A stretch of 64,000 nt of DNA from an uncultured Verrucomicrobiae bacterium (GTDB taxonomy: Bacteria > Verrucomicrobiota > Verrucomicrobiia > Limisphaerales > Palsa-1400): the NCBI GenBank assembly GCA_963764165.1, contig CAVXRD010000002.1, positions 832,001 through 896,000 on the forward strand, given 5' to 3'. Under the pieces are notes generated by a model. The model was not told the origin of the DNA. It worked only from the letters and a program-made list of their open reading frames with translations, and ran no database searches. Positions 30,581-40,521 of the stretch are shown piece after piece. How positions within the stretch are numbered: position 1 is the stretch's first letter; the number at the start of each line of letters is the position of its first letter. Made by a program: the position numbers and the translations under genes.

Positions 30581-31449
30581 AAATGGACATCGGCAAATTC
30601 ACCGTCAGCGAAGGCAAAAACGTCAACTTGAGCCATTGGCCCACCCGCGTGAAGCCATTCTACGAATCGGAGGAGGAATACCACGAGCTGCTCAACGAGC
30701 ACGTTCACAGATTGAGCGCGCTGCAGGACTTGCTTTACGCGAATAATCGCTACGCGGTGCTGTTGATTTTCCAGGCGATGGACGCCGCGGGGAAAGACAG
30801 CGCCATCAAGCACGTGATGTCGGGCGTCAACCCGCAAGGCTGCGAGGTTTTCAGCTTCAAAAAGCCCAGCACGGAGGAGTTGGAGCACGATTTTCTTTGG
30901 CGCACCTATTGCAAATTGCCGCAGCGCGGGCACATCGGCATTTTCAATCGTTCGTATTACGAGGAAGTTTTGGTGGCGCGTGTTCATCCGGAAATTCTCC
31001 GGGCACAAATGCTGCCGGAAGAAATCCTGGACGACAAAAAAATCTGGAAGCACCGATTTCAATCGATGGTGCATTTTGAGAAGCACCTGCATCTCAACGG
31101 CACGCGGGTGGTGAAGTTCTATTTGCACATTTCCAAGGGAGAGCAAAAAAAGCGGTTCCTGCGCCGCATCGACGAGCCGGAAAAGAACTGGAAATTCAGC
31201 ATGTACGACATGCTCGAGCGGAAGCATTGGAACGAATACATGAAGGCTTACGAGGAATGCCTTTCCAGCACGAGCACGGACGAATCGCCGTGGCACATCA
31301 TACCGAGCGATGACAAGCCCAACGCGCGCCTGATGATTTCGGAAATCGTGGTGCGCACGATCAAGGATTTGAATCTGAAGACGCTGAAGCCGGACGAATC
31401 CCGCCGCCGCGAATTGCTCAAGATACGCAAATTGCTGGTGAAGGGGTAG
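30577..31449 (+). CDS. ppk2: Polyphosphate kinase 2 family (polyP:nucleotide phosphotransferase)
   Basis: [11 protein letters not shown]alker [28 protein letters not shown] overlap with rnd. Confidence 0.9.
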   Translation: MKMDIGKFTVSEGKNVNLSHWPTRVKPFYESEEEYHELLNEHVHRLSALQDLLYANNRYAVLLIFQAMDAAGKDSAIKHVMSGVNPQGCEVFSFKKPSTEELEHDFLWRTYCKLPQRGHIGIFNRSYYEEVLVARVHPEILRAQMLPEEILDDKKIWKHRFQSMVHFEKHLHLNGTRVVKFYLHISKGEQKKRFLRRIDEPEKNWKFSMYDMLERKHWNEYMKAYEECLSSTSTDESPWHIIPSDDKPNARLMISEIVVRTIKDLNLKTLKPDESRRRELLKIRKLLVKG

Positions 31450-31462
31450 CTGGGCGGCATCA

Positions 31463-31490
31463 AGCGGGTGAAGGGAATCGAACCCTCGTC
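31463..31490 (-). other. 3' fragment of tRNA-Gly (T-arm plus acceptor strand); att site of the island
   Basis: Reverse complement GACGAGGGTTCGATTCCCTTCACCCGCT contains the GTTCGA T-loop; the 5' tRNA half is absent; an integrase starts 100 bp away. Confidence 0.85.
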
Positions 31491-31558
31491 TCGATTCACC
31501 ATTTTTAATACATTGACGCGCAGGTGTTTGCGATTTTTAGAAACATATTTCTTGAACT

Positions 31559-31582
31559 TTTTATTCTCACTTTTATTCTCAC
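31559..31582 (+). repeat. Tandem 12-bp direct repeat; candidate integrase arm-type sites
   Basis: TTTTATTCTCAC twice between the att core and the integrase start. Confidence 0.6.
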
Positions 31583-31588
31583 TTCTGT

Positions 31589-34342
31589 ATGGCGAACATT
31601 CTCAAAAGAAACGAATCTCCGTTTTGGGTGGCCTGTTACACCGACCGCAATGGAAGGCAAATGAAGAAGTCAACCAAGACGACAGATCGCGGCCAGGCGA
31701 TGCAGATCGCTTTGGAATTGGAAGGAGTCGAGTGCAAGGCTCGCGCTGGGTCTTTAATCATCACGCAAGTGCGGAAGGTTTTGAGCGACGTTTCGGAAAA
31801 GGTTACCGGCAACAGCCTTATCACGCCAACGGTCGAAGATTATCTCAACGATTGGCTCAAAGGGATTGAGGCCAGGAATTCAAAAGCGACACTGGAGCGA
31901 TACGGCAACACCGTGCGGCTTTTCCTTGCGAACTCAAATGGCAAGGCAAAGCGGCCAGTGTCATCAATTTTGCCAAAGGACGTGGAGGATTTTCTAACTT
32001 GGCGGCTGAACGCGGGCGCGGCACCTAAGACCGCAATCGTAGATTTAAAAACACTCAATACCGCGTTTCGTCGGGCAGAGGCTTTCGGAACCATCCTAAA
32101 AAATCCGGTCGCCGCGATCCGTCCTCCAAAAGACGAAAGTTCCGAGCGGGATGTATTCACACATGAAGAGGTTCAAAAGCTCATCGCGGCTGCGCCGTCG
32201 CTGGATTGGGAGACATTGATTCTCCTGGGGTATTTCGTCGGCGCGCGGCTGCGAGATTGCGTCCAGATGAAATGGGATAATGTGTTCCCTGAGCAAGGTG
32301 TGATCATCTACAACCAGCAAAAGACGGGTAAAAAAGTGATTGTGCCGATGCACCACGAAATCATCAGGCATATCGAATACAAGATCCAATTCGGGACAAC
32401 TGGTTACCTGTGTCCGAAATTGGCGGAGAAAGGGCCTGGAGGTAAACACGGATTGTCCGAGGGGTTTAAGCGTATAGTGGTTAAGGCGGGCCTGGACCTA
32501 ATGGTCATCCAAGGAAAGGGCTCGCGGAAATTTTGCCGACGGACATTTCACTCGCTCCGTCACAGTTTCAATTCAATATTGGCCAACGCTGGGGTTTCGG
32601 ATGAAGTCCGGATGAAATTGACCGGGCACAAGTCAAAGGAAATGAATATCCGAACGCACCAGAGGTTAATGGAGTCTACGCGCCTCAATTTTACGGTTTT
32701 CTTGGAAGGAAAGCCAATTGACGAAGATGCGGTAGCTCTTTTTGACCAGCGCCGTATCGAGAGCGGAGAACGAATCCCATTGGGAAGGCACACGGTCACC
32801 ATTCGGCACCCGAAAGCGGATGCCTTTTCTACGAATTTAGTTGTCTGGTATGGAGCGCAGAACTTGGGCGCTGTCAGTTTGAAACGAAGCATGGGAGCCC
32901 TCGCCATCACTGCAAATCCACGGGCCGGATTGATCACGATTCAGGGACCGGAGTTTTCAACCAAACTCACTAATTCCGCCGGGATGACGCTAAATGTCCC
33001 CACAGACCATTACACGGTCGAGGCGTCCTATGCCCACTGGCAACAAGCGGAAGAAACCACTGTTGAACCCGCGCATACGGGTGCCTGCGCATTTGCTCCG
33101 CGCCTTGGAGCGATGCAACTGGCGTGTGGTCAGCCAGAGGCGTCATTCCAATTATTCAAGGCCGACGGGCAGTTGCTGGAAGCTGGGAATTTGCCTGCGC
33201 TGCTCGTCGAAGTCCCGGAAGGCAACTACCAACTTATCAGTTGGCATCACAAGCATAAGAAAGATCAGACAGTGGCCGTGACGGCAGCGACAACCAATAG
33301 CATGGAGATCGAATTCGTGTATGGGGCCGCCCGATTGGAAACGACCCCATCGGGCGCAACCGTCCTCACTGATGGTCACCAATGGGGCGTAACGCCAATG
33401 CTTTTTTCAGAGCTGACCACCGGGCGGTGGCATTTTGAACTGCAATTGTCCGGCTATTCGCCGGTGGATGCCGTGGTGGACGTCGCCGCTCGGGAAACGA
33501 ACACATTCGTGACAAATCTGGTGAGCATCAATTACGTCCCGGCCATGAATGCTGCCCGGCAATATCTTTCGGCGGGCGATTATGACAAAGCCTTCAGGGC
33601 TGCGGCCGAAGCCTTGGAAGTGAAACCGAACGACCCCGAAGCGATGACGCTCCAAAAAGAGGCGACTGGCAGACGCCATATCCGGCAGGCTGAAGCATTG
33701 GGCAAACGCGGCGATTACATCGGCGCGGATAAGGAATTGGAAGCGGCGCTCGAATCATTGCCGGACAACGATGAGGTGAAACAGCTACTGGCGGATTTCA
33801 AGACGCGGGAACGTGGACAACTGGAACAGTTACAACAGGAACGGCGCGAACGCGGTCAAAAATTGTTCGACACTATTTTGTCTCGATTCAAGGATGCAGA
33901 ATTATTTGACAGTCATGAAATCAAGACCACAAGGCCGCTCAACGAAGTGCAAACGGCAATTCTCAGTGCGCTGAAAATCCGCCCGGAGTTTCGTGTTTTG
34001 AAGTCAAGGTCGAGCGTTGCTGAGACATTCGAAATCAGTGCCGTCCAAGAACTGACCGGAGCGCTCGCCACGAGCGCCGGGCGCCGGCAATGCGTAATTG
34101 TGATGGCTCAAACGCGAGATGATGAAACGCAAATCCTTTTCAAAGTTCTGGAATTCAAAGCTCATCACAGCGTTGGGACCAAAGGGCTGTTGAATTTGAC
34201 CGATAATGTCACGTTCATTCCTGTCCATCCGTCGCGGATTCCTGATTTCACCGACAAGCTGAAATCGCAACTCGAGGAGGGAACGAAAATGGTGACGGAT
34301 CGGATTCAACAAGCAATCGGGGGTGGTTCGGAGAAGAAATAG
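31589..34342 (+). CDS. Tyrosine integrase (aa 1-about 353, no catalytic Tyr) fused in frame to a PEGA/TPR-domain protein
   Basis: GARLRD, KTGK, FHSLRH and LTGH, then MNIRTHQ instead of a Tyr-containing end; LETTPSGATV..WGVTP (PEGA) and helical TPR-like segments follow. Confidence 0.8.
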   Translation: MANILKRNESPFWVACYTDRNGRQMKKSTKTTDRGQAMQIALELEGVECKARAGSLIITQVRKVLSDVSEKVTGNSLITPTVEDYLNDWLKGIEARNSKATLERYGNTVRLFLANSNGKAKRPVSSILPKDVEDFLTWRLNAGAAPKTAIVDLKTLNTAFRRAEAFGTILKNPVAAIRPPKDESSERDVFTHEEVQKLIAAAPSLDWETLILLGYFVGARLRDCVQMKWDNVFPEQGVIIYNQQKTGKKVIVPMHHEIIRHIEYKIQFGTTGYLCPKLAEKGPGGKHGLSEGFKRIVVKAGLDLMVIQGKGSRKFCRRTFHSLRHSFNSILANAGVSDEVRMKLTGHKSKEMNIRTHQRLMESTRLNFTVFLEGKPIDEDAVALFDQRRIESGERIPLGRHTVTIRHPKADAFSTNLVVWYGAQNLGAVSLKRSMGALAITANPRAGLITIQGPEFSTKLTNSAGMTLNVPTDHYTVEASYAHWQQAEETTVEPAHTGACAFAPRLGAMQLACGQPEASFQLFKADGQLLEAGNLPALLVEVPEGNYQLISWHHKHKKDQTVAVTAATTNSMEIEFVYGAARLETTPSGATVLTDGHQWGVTPMLFSELTTGRWHFELQLSGYSPVDAVVDVAARETNTFVTNLVSINYVPAMNAARQYLSAGDYDKAFRAAAEALEVKPNDPEAMTLQKEATGRRHIRQAEALGKRGDYIGADKELEAALESLPDNDEVKQLLADFKTRERGQLEQLQQERRERGQKLFDTILSRFKDAELFDSHEIKTTRPLNEVQTAILSALKIRPEFRVLKSRSSVAETFEISAVQELTGALATSAGRRQCVIVMAQTRDDETQILFKVLEFKAHHSVGTKGLLNLTDNVTFIPVHPSRIPDFTDKLKSQLEEGTKMVTDRIQQAIGGGSEKK

Positions 34343-34353
34343 AGCGACGGCCC

Positions 34354-34463
34354 TTGCAAATCCGGGGGCCTGTGGCATACTTAGAACGTTGGGTGCTGCT
34401 GGTCGGCTTGATATGGTTAGCCCAGCCCAACATTAAACCTCGCCTCGGGCGGGGTTTTGCTTT
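34354..34463 (+). ncRNA. Candidate small RNA convergent on the DUF3800 gene (promoter-hairpin-terminator)
   Basis: TTGCAA-16nt-(TG)gCATACT promoter-like element; nested GTTGGG/CCCAAC hairpin; terminator-like aaacctcgcc..gggcggggtttt. Confidence 0.5.
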
Positions 34464-35299
34464 TGGAACTCATCCCACCCCTCCCGCGCAAAGGAGACAA
34501 GTTCAGAATCTTCTGGAAACACCTTCAGACCATCGAGCTTCTGTCCGCCTTGGCGCTTATAAAAATAGGGAAGCAATTCCTGGAAATAAGGAAAGGCAAA
34601 ATCTTTCACTTTGAAAGCGCGATAGACGTTGTAAGCGCACAAATCCGCGAGTTGGACGCCGTTGGACAATTTGCTGTCTGTGAAAAATGGGTATTCCACA
34701 ATGTGGTTGAATCGAACGTTTTGATTGCCCTCCCGCTGGAAAAATGCGTGTTTCAGGGACACCGCCCGATTAAGCGCCCTGTCGGTGTCATCCATGACAA
34801 TAAGCGCATGGTGTTTCGGATGGAATTCCGCCATGAAATGTTCGATGCGTTCTAAAGTTAATTCATAAGCCTTTTTATGGAGCGTCTCCGGCGTCATATG
34901 CTCGCGAAGTTTCCGTTTGTCCATAACCACCGAGAAGAGCGTCATGCGCTGCGCTGGAATCTGCTGAAAATAGCGCGCCACTAGGCGTTCGCGTTCATCG
35001 GATGACAGGGCAGTGAGGAAGGGACTTTTATCCGCGCGTTCCTTGGGGTTGCGAATCCAGTTGGATTTCATCTCGCAGTCCGCGAGGTCGAATTGGAGTC
35101 TGTGTGTGCGATTCAACTGGTCGGTGAATTGCAGTTTGAGGTTTGCAATTTCCCGTTCAAATTCCCGCCAACGTCCTTCCCAGAGTCCAACTGCTGTCAG
35201 CGAATAGATGTGGTCTTTGGCCTGCACCGAGCCGTCGAGCTTTGTCTCAAAGGCTTTGGGGTCGCGCGAGCCAGATTCATCAAAATAAAAGAAATACAT
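34433..35299 (-). CDS. DUF3800 domain protein
   Basis: N-terminal YFDESG and C-terminal GVQLADLCAY (QxAD) signature. Confidence 0.85.
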   Translation of the reverse strand: MYFFYFDESGSRDPKAFETKLDGSVQAKDHIYSLTAVGLWEGRWREFEREIANLKLQFTDQLNRTHRLQFDLADCEMKSNWIRNPKERADKSPFLTALSSDERERLVARYFQQIPAQRMTLFSVVMDKRKLREHMTPETLHKKAYELTLERIEHFMAEFHPKHHALIVMDDTDRALNRAVSLKHAFFQREGNQNVRFNHIVEYPFFTDSKLSNGVQLADLCAYNVYRAFKVKDFAFPYFQELLPYFYKRQGGQKLDGLKVFPEDSELVSFAREGWDEFQKQNPARGEV

Positions 35300-35401
35300 G
35301 TTGCCGATTCGTCAGCCGGATTAAGCGGGAAATCCCCGCTGATGGCGATTAAAAAACCAGCGAGAAGCTGGAGAAATCGAACGCCGCTCATAAACGAGCA
35401 A

Positions 35402-35430
35402 GAAAAAGGGCGGAACCAGTGGTTCCGCCC
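35402..35430 (-). terminator. Intrinsic terminator after ardC
   Basis: GGGCGGAACC-ACT-GGTTCCGCCC followed by TTTTT on the minus strand. Confidence 0.75.
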
Positions 35431-35491
35431 GTGGCGAGTCGTCATCCATCTCAAGCTATGCCCCCTAGAGCCTGCTCTGAACGGGCTGAGA

Positions 35492-36343
35492 CTACTCGGC
35501 TTCGTCAAATGTCCTGCCAAGAACGAAGTCCGCCGCCCGCTGGGCCTGCGCAGCCGCCTGGACGATCAGTTTCTTGTCTTCTTTGAGGCGTTTCAGCCAT
35601 TCAGCGACATACGCCGCCGAATTGTGGATGGTGCGCTCACCGATCTCCGCTTCTCCGCAGAGAAACGCCGCCCCAATTTCGGCGATCAGTTCCTCCCGGC
35701 AATACGGGTCAGAGCCAAATCCGCCTTTCTCAGTCAAGGTTGACCGATTAAGCCGGTTTTGGTGACCGCTTGCATGGACAAGTTCATGGAAGAGCACCGC
35801 ATAATACTGCGCCGCGCCCTCGAACCGATCCATTCCCGGCATTCCAACGTAATCCTCGGCAGGCGAATAGAATGCCTTGGTGAAGCCATCCTTGATGGTG
35901 GGCTTCTGTGGCATGTTAGCAACAATTTCCTCCGGCTTGCGCGGGAGTTCATTTGCGCCGTTCGCTGCTGGATGACTATTTTTCAATCCCTCGCATTGAG
36001 CGACGTTGAATACGAAGTAATTACGAAGCAGCGGTATGCGCTTCTTTTCCTCGGACTCTTTGTCATCGACGGCGAGTCTCTTCCAAAAGACGACAGGACA
36101 CGCCTTTTCGCCTTTCTTGACTTTGCCGCCAAGCGCGTTGGCTTGGCGAAAGGTGAGCCAATACGGCGATTCGTAGCTCCTACCGAAAAGCAGAAGCACA
36201 TTGATTCCGCGATACGGCTTTTTGTTAATGAGATTCCGGGGCATGGTCGTGGATGCTTTCCACGTCTTGTGCCAGGGAACGGTCCCTTGCTCAAGCAGAG
36301 CGATGATCTGTTCCGTGATGCGGTCATACGCGTTCGCGCTCAT
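35492..36343 (-). CDS. ardC: ArdC-like ssDNA-binding antirestriction protein (zincin-like domain)
   Basis: VPWHKTW, YRGIN, WLTFRQA, VFNVAQ, HELVH, REELIAEIGAAFL. Confidence 0.88.
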   Translation of the reverse strand: MSANAYDRITEQIIALLEQGTVPWHKTWKASTTMPRNLINKKPYRGINVLLLFGRSYESPYWLTFRQANALGGKVKKGEKACPVVFWKRLAVDDKESEEKKRIPLLRNYFVFNVAQCEGLKNSHPAANGANELPRKPEEIVANMPQKPTIKDGFTKAFYSPAEDYVGMPGMDRFEGAAQYYAVLFHELVHASGHQNRLNRSTLTEKGGFGSDPYCREELIAEIGAAFLCGEAEIGERTIHNSAAYVAEWLKRLKEDKKLIVQAAAQAQRAADFVLGRTFDEAE

Positions 36344-36648
36344 TTGAAGCTCCTTTCCTTCCGGTTCAGGATTTCAACATCCGAGTTGGACCAAATCCGC
36401 ACCAAGGCTGGTGGTCGTTCGAATCGGACGGGCCTGTCAAAACGAGTCTTGAACTGGCGCGCTGGCTGTCTCATTAGGAGCACCGCCGCGCATTCGTTCA
36501 CCCTAATCACCCGGCAGAGCCGCTTGTCTAAACGGACGACATCGCCGACACGGAGTCGGAATTGATACTGCTTAGGCCGCCAAACCAGTCCGACTAATTC
36601 AGGCTGGTTTGGGTCGCGCCAATTGCGTTTCTTGAGTTTCGGTTTCAT
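36340..36648 (-). CDS. Hypothetical basic protein
   Basis: Tightly packed between radC and ardC with an overlapping stop/start. Confidence 0.55.
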   Translation of the reverse strand: MKPKLKKRNWRDPNQPELVGLVWRPKQYQFRLRVGDVVRLDKRLCRVIRVNECAAVLLMRQPARQFKTRFDRPVRFERPPALVRIWSNSDVEILNRKERSFK

Positions 36649-36652
36649 CGGA

Positions 36653-37153
36653 TTAATCCTGGATGTAGCCGAGTCCTCGCAACGAGCAGTGCGTGGGATT
36701 CCCAACGACTATATGGTCAAGCACCTCAATCTTGAGGAGTTGCCCGGCCCGGACGAGGTCCCGCGTCGCTCGAATGTCTGCATCTGAGGGCTGCGGTTCA
36801 CCGGATGGGTGGTTGTGCATGAGCACGACGGCGGATGCGCCAGCAATCACCGCGCACCTGAATGTCTCCCTGGCTGACACCAGGATGCAATCCAATGTGC
36901 CAATGGACACGAGTTGGTGTCCTTTCGCTTTGCGCCGAGTATTGAGGAGGATAACCACAAAGCATTCGCACTCGGGATTGAATTGAGGCGAAGTAGCGAT
37001 GTGAAGCCTCCAATACTCAACTGCTTTTTCCGGCGTGTCGCAGATTTGCAATCTGTCCGGCGTGGGACATTCGCGCAGGGCGACAACTTTCCATTCCTTG
37101 GGCTGATACTTTGGTTTCTCTTTTTCGGGCTTGAACAAGGGTATCTGTTCCAT
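36653..37153 (-). CDS. radC: RadC-like JAB domain protein
   Basis: SIGTLD; HNHPSGEPQPSDAD; VLDHIVVG. Confidence 0.9.
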   Translation of the reverse strand: MEQIPLFKPEKEKPKYQPKEWKVVALRECPTPDRLQICDTPEKAVEYWRLHIATSPQFNPECECFVVILLNTRRKAKGHQLVSIGTLDCILVSARETFRCAVIAGASAVVLMHNHPSGEPQPSDADIRATRDLVRAGQLLKIEVLDHIVVGNPTHCSLRGLGYIQD

Positions 37154-37272
37154 CGTATTCTCTTTCTTGCCGTCCACCCGTTGACGCGGGTTGCTTCTGG
37201 TTTTGAGTATTCTCGCTGGAAGCGCGGACGGCGCTTTGTTGAGCAGCAAGATCTTTTGGTGGATGCGTTCAA

Positions 37273-37560
37273 TTACTCGAACGCGAAATCCTGCTGTCCG
37301 AGTGAAGCCTTGATCGCAACGACTTCAGCCTTTTTCGGCGGTTGCCCCTGCTCCAACGCGTCTGGCGACCATAGGCGCAGAGCCAACGGCAGCCACGGCG
37401 TGATGAAGTGGATATTCGACCAAGCGGCCCAAAACTCCAACGATAGAGAATTGCCGTGGATGACCCGCGTAGGAATGCCCCAAAGGGTCGTATTGATGAA
37501 CGCCATATCGCACGCGGTGCGATTGACATCAACTGCTGTGACGCGCAAGCGCGAGCGGGT
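37273..37560 (-). pseudogene. C-terminal remnant of an N6-adenine-methylase-like gene
   Basis: RVTAVDVNRTACDMAFIN..IHGNSLS; upstream SAM-binding motif missing. Confidence 0.6.
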
Positions 37561-38052
37561 TTCGTAAAAACGCCTGAGGCAATCGACTACTGTGGGCATC
37601 AGCTAATTCGTTGGAATTCTCAGGACGAAGTCTATCTACTTAAAAAGAGTCAGATGAAAGGAGCGCATGCCGAATTGTTCAGTTATTGTCTTTATCAGAA
37701 GGTGCTCCAGCCCCTTTCTAGTCAGGGTCAGCTGGTGCCATTAATGCTCCTAGAATACCAATCTGTTAGCGGCACGGATTCTGAGCCTCATATTTTACTC
37801 GTCTTTTATAAACAAGATTACGATTTGAGGATTAAGGTCGTGTTTAAGAATCGGAGTTTTTTTGTTATTGTTGACTCAAGTTCATTCCAGGATCGGCCCG
37901 ATATTATTACCATTTTCTGTGATTCGCTCGGCTTCGCGCAAATTGAAACTCACCTTTCAAAAGTGATAACTCCACAAGCTATCGAAAGCTCGCTCCTGGA
38001 AATTGCTCAAACTCTGGCTAAGGCGTCCCAAAATGATTCGAGTGAAGCCTGA
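37561..38052 (+). pseudogene. Low-GC C-terminal gene remnant (resembles tails of DUF262/GmrSD-like proteins; tentative)
   Basis: LIRWNSQDEVYLLKKSQMKGAHAELFSYCLY; AT-rich; no own start before the junction. Confidence 0.4.
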
Positions 38053-38430
38053 ACAAATCCAAGCCGGATACTGGAGGAAATCTGAGGCCATCCTCCGCTT
38101 ACATCTGTAGAGTTTTTGTCTTCGTTAACAGAATTCTGCATGGAAACGACAGCCGTGTTGGGGCAAGTCATTTGAAGAGGCACATTAGTGGTTGGATGGG
38201 TTCGCGGCCAAACCGCCTTTCGGGATGCGGCGCCGCAATCGGCGCCATCATCTTGACGGCATCGAGCAGGTGCGCAAACTTTGGGGTGAGCATGCGGCGG
38301 CGGCGCGGCTGCACATTATGGCGGATTTGAAAAAGGAAAGGTGGACGTTTGTTCTAAACTGGCTTTATGCACGTCACACAGGATTTAATATCTCAAATTA
38401 AAAACCTCCCCGTTGGGGGGAGGCGTGATT

Positions 38431-38718
38431 TCAATAGTCTTTGGGAAGCAAGACACAGGTGGAGGATCAGTCGGCTTCGGTGATGATCCAGAATTTGTCT
38501 CCTGCCGTGGAACAATACGCCGACAGAAGGCGAAAGCCCTGTTGCAGGGAGAATTCGTTCTCCTGACGGTCTTCCTCCAGCACGTCGCCCCAATCACCGG
38601 CCTGATGCCGCTGAATGGCTGCCAGAATATCGCGTTGGGCAGCCCTTGCCAGCACGTTCGGGGTAGCAACGATACGGCCAAGCGGAAATTTCGCAGTGGA
38701 TGGGTTTGGTGCGCTCAT
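38431..38718 (-). pseudogene. Plasmid/ICE conserved small protein with a premature stop
   Basis: FPLGRIVATP..RHQAGDWGD..WIITEAD* then SSTCVLLPKDY*; the expected Arg codon reads TGA. Confidence 0.7.
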
Positions 38719-39043
38719 AGCCCAAAATCCTCCATCGCGGCGGCGATGCTGTCTTCGTCGTCGCCCAGAACCTCCACCAAGCCAGCTTTCAGCGCTGCTT
38801 TGTCGGAATTTGGCTTGGCGTCCTTCGGACAAACATGGCAACGCATCACGTCGAGAATCGAAGCGCCGAATTCCAATCGGGCGGCTCTGAACTTCTCCCG
38901 ATAACGAGGGCCGAGCCGCAGACCGGGTGACAGTTCGCGCCAGACTTTGGCTTCTCATGGCTGAGGTCTGTCTCAAAAACGGCGTCGTGCCGGAGATGAT
39001 AAACATCCCACGGTTCGCCACACGTCGAACAGTGAACATCCAT
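38715..39043 (-). pseudogene. Cys-containing hypothetical protein, frameshifted
   Basis: MDVHCSTCGEPWD continues in another frame to ..RCHVCP..LGDDEDSIAAAMEDFGL*. Confidence 0.55.
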
Positions 39044-39055
39044 AGTGAACCTCCC

Positions 39056-39358
39056 TTATTCGTTCTCGAACGCGTCGATGGTTTCCCGAATCTCCAGTTC
39101 CGTGAGTGTCCAGCCTGCGCGTGGCAATGCGGCCACAACGGCGGACTTGAAATCTTCATGCCAGCCTATGGCGTCTGCCTCGTTGTCGAGACAATCTGCC
39201 AAGAGTGCCAGCGCCAATTGCGCCGAGCCGCTGCCGACATCGCCCCACTCAAACCCGGTCGGACTGTGATTCCACAAGTCCAGTCGGGAATTGAGTGGTT
39301 GGCCGCCAACGGTGACCACTACGCCCTGCTTCGTTCGTCGTCCTTCGTATCGCTTCAC
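39056..39358 (-). CDS. DUF6166-like small protein
   Basis: NHSPTGFEWG..GSGSAQLALALLAD motif. Confidence 0.65.
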   Translation of the reverse strand: MKRYEGRRTKQGVVVTVGGQPLNSRLDLWNHSPTGFEWGDVGSGSAQLALALLADCLDNEADAIGWHEDFKSAVVAALPRAGWTLTELEIRETIDAFENE

Positions 39359-40401
39359 GCGGCACCCCCAAACAATTGGGACACCTCGTCTGCGGACAGG
39401 TGCTCGGGCTGGGTGCCGGGTTTCTCGAACTGATGCACCTTGACGAAACAGAATTTGGCGAGGCGGGCGGCGATGTCATCGCGCCCGGCCCGGCCAGCAT
39501 CGTCTTCGTCGAGCATGACAATGACCTGGCTTTGTCCATCGGTATGCTTGCGGATCAATTCTTCCTGGCCAGCGGACATGGTGCTGCCCATGAGGGCAAC
39601 GACCTTGCGGCAACCGTTCTGGTGAAGTTTGATGGCGTCAAAGAAGCCCTCGACGATCACCAGCGGTTTTTCGGGTGGTTCTTGGATGGCCCGGTTGAGG
39701 TTGAACAATTCCAGCCCCTTCCTGAAACCGGTGGGCAACTTGTATTTTGGCGTGCCGTCTGGCGGATTGCCCGGCCATCGCCCGGCATACGCCACGAGTT
39801 CACCTTTGACGTTGTTTATTGGGATGGCGATGCGCCCCACCATCAAACCTTTGTCGCCGGTGAAATAACCGAGTCCAAAGTCACCTATGGTCTGCTCGTT
39901 TATACTGCGTTCCGCAAAATGCGGATGCGCCCGATCCAGCTTGTCCAGCCGGAATCGAAGTGGCGGATTTGGCGTCGTGCTCTCCGGTGCCAGGACTGGC
40001 GCCGGTTTGGGGTGCCTCGCGACATTTGCTTCCGGCGGTTGGTCTGCTGCGGCCTCTGGCTCATCCTTTGAGCCGTTGGTCTTGACGTCATCAATGGGGA
40101 CACTGAACCACTCGCACGCTCTGAGTGCGGCGTCGTGAATCGAGATGTCCTCCTTTTTGGCGATGAAGTCCAGGGCGTTGCCGCCGTGTTTGCACTCACT
40201 GAAACAATTCCAGAGATTCTTCTCGGTATCGACGCGAAACTGCGTGGGATTGCTGCCGTGGTGGATGGGGCATGGGCCGCTGAGACGGCTGCCGCTGCGT
40301 TTGAATGTGCCAAGAACACCATAGTGTTCCAGCACCCGTTCCATTGTGACACGGGCGCGAATGGCCCGAAAATCGACAAATGGCTTTCTGCTCGTGGACA
40401 T
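39355..40401 (-). CDS. CHC2 zinc finger plus TOPRIM DNA primase (DnaG-like, mobile-element type)
   Basis: CPIH...WNCFSEC; IVEGFFD; VALMGS; MLDEDDAGR. Confidence 0.9.
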   Translation of the reverse strand: MSTSRKPFVDFRAIRARVTMERVLEHYGVLGTFKRSGSRLSGPCPIHHGSNPTQFRVDTEKNLWNCFSECKHGGNALDFIAKKEDISIHDAALRACEWFSVPIDDVKTNGSKDEPEAAADQPPEANVARHPKPAPVLAPESTTPNPPLRFRLDKLDRAHPHFAERSINEQTIGDFGLGYFTGDKGLMVGRIAIPINNVKGELVAYAGRWPGNPPDGTPKYKLPTGFRKGLELFNLNRAIQEPPEKPLVIVEGFFDAIKLHQNGCRKVVALMGSTMSAGQEELIRKHTDGQSQVIVMLDEDDAGRAGRDDIAARLAKFCFVKVHQFEKPGTQPEHLSADEVSQLFGGAA

Positions 40402-40521
40402 GGGAAATCCTTTCTGTTGAACAAGTTGGGATTGACGATTTGAAGAACCCTAGCCGGAAAAGCCGACTTTCCACCGGGCATCGTATCACAGAATCAAAAC
40501 GCAGCCAAATATGTGACAGAA

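Noticed and set aside
31463..31540. Complete tRNA-Gly gene
   Set aside because: Only the T-arm and 3' acceptor strand are present; no anticodon or D arm follows.
31589..32650. Integron integrase serving the attC site
   Set aside because: It has a phage-type N-terminal arm-binding region, sits beside a tRNA att site, and I see no IntI-specific insertion.
38467..39159. Single 230-aa gene
   Set aside because: Only the last about 83 aa match a real family; the upstream part overlaps two other genes in different frames.
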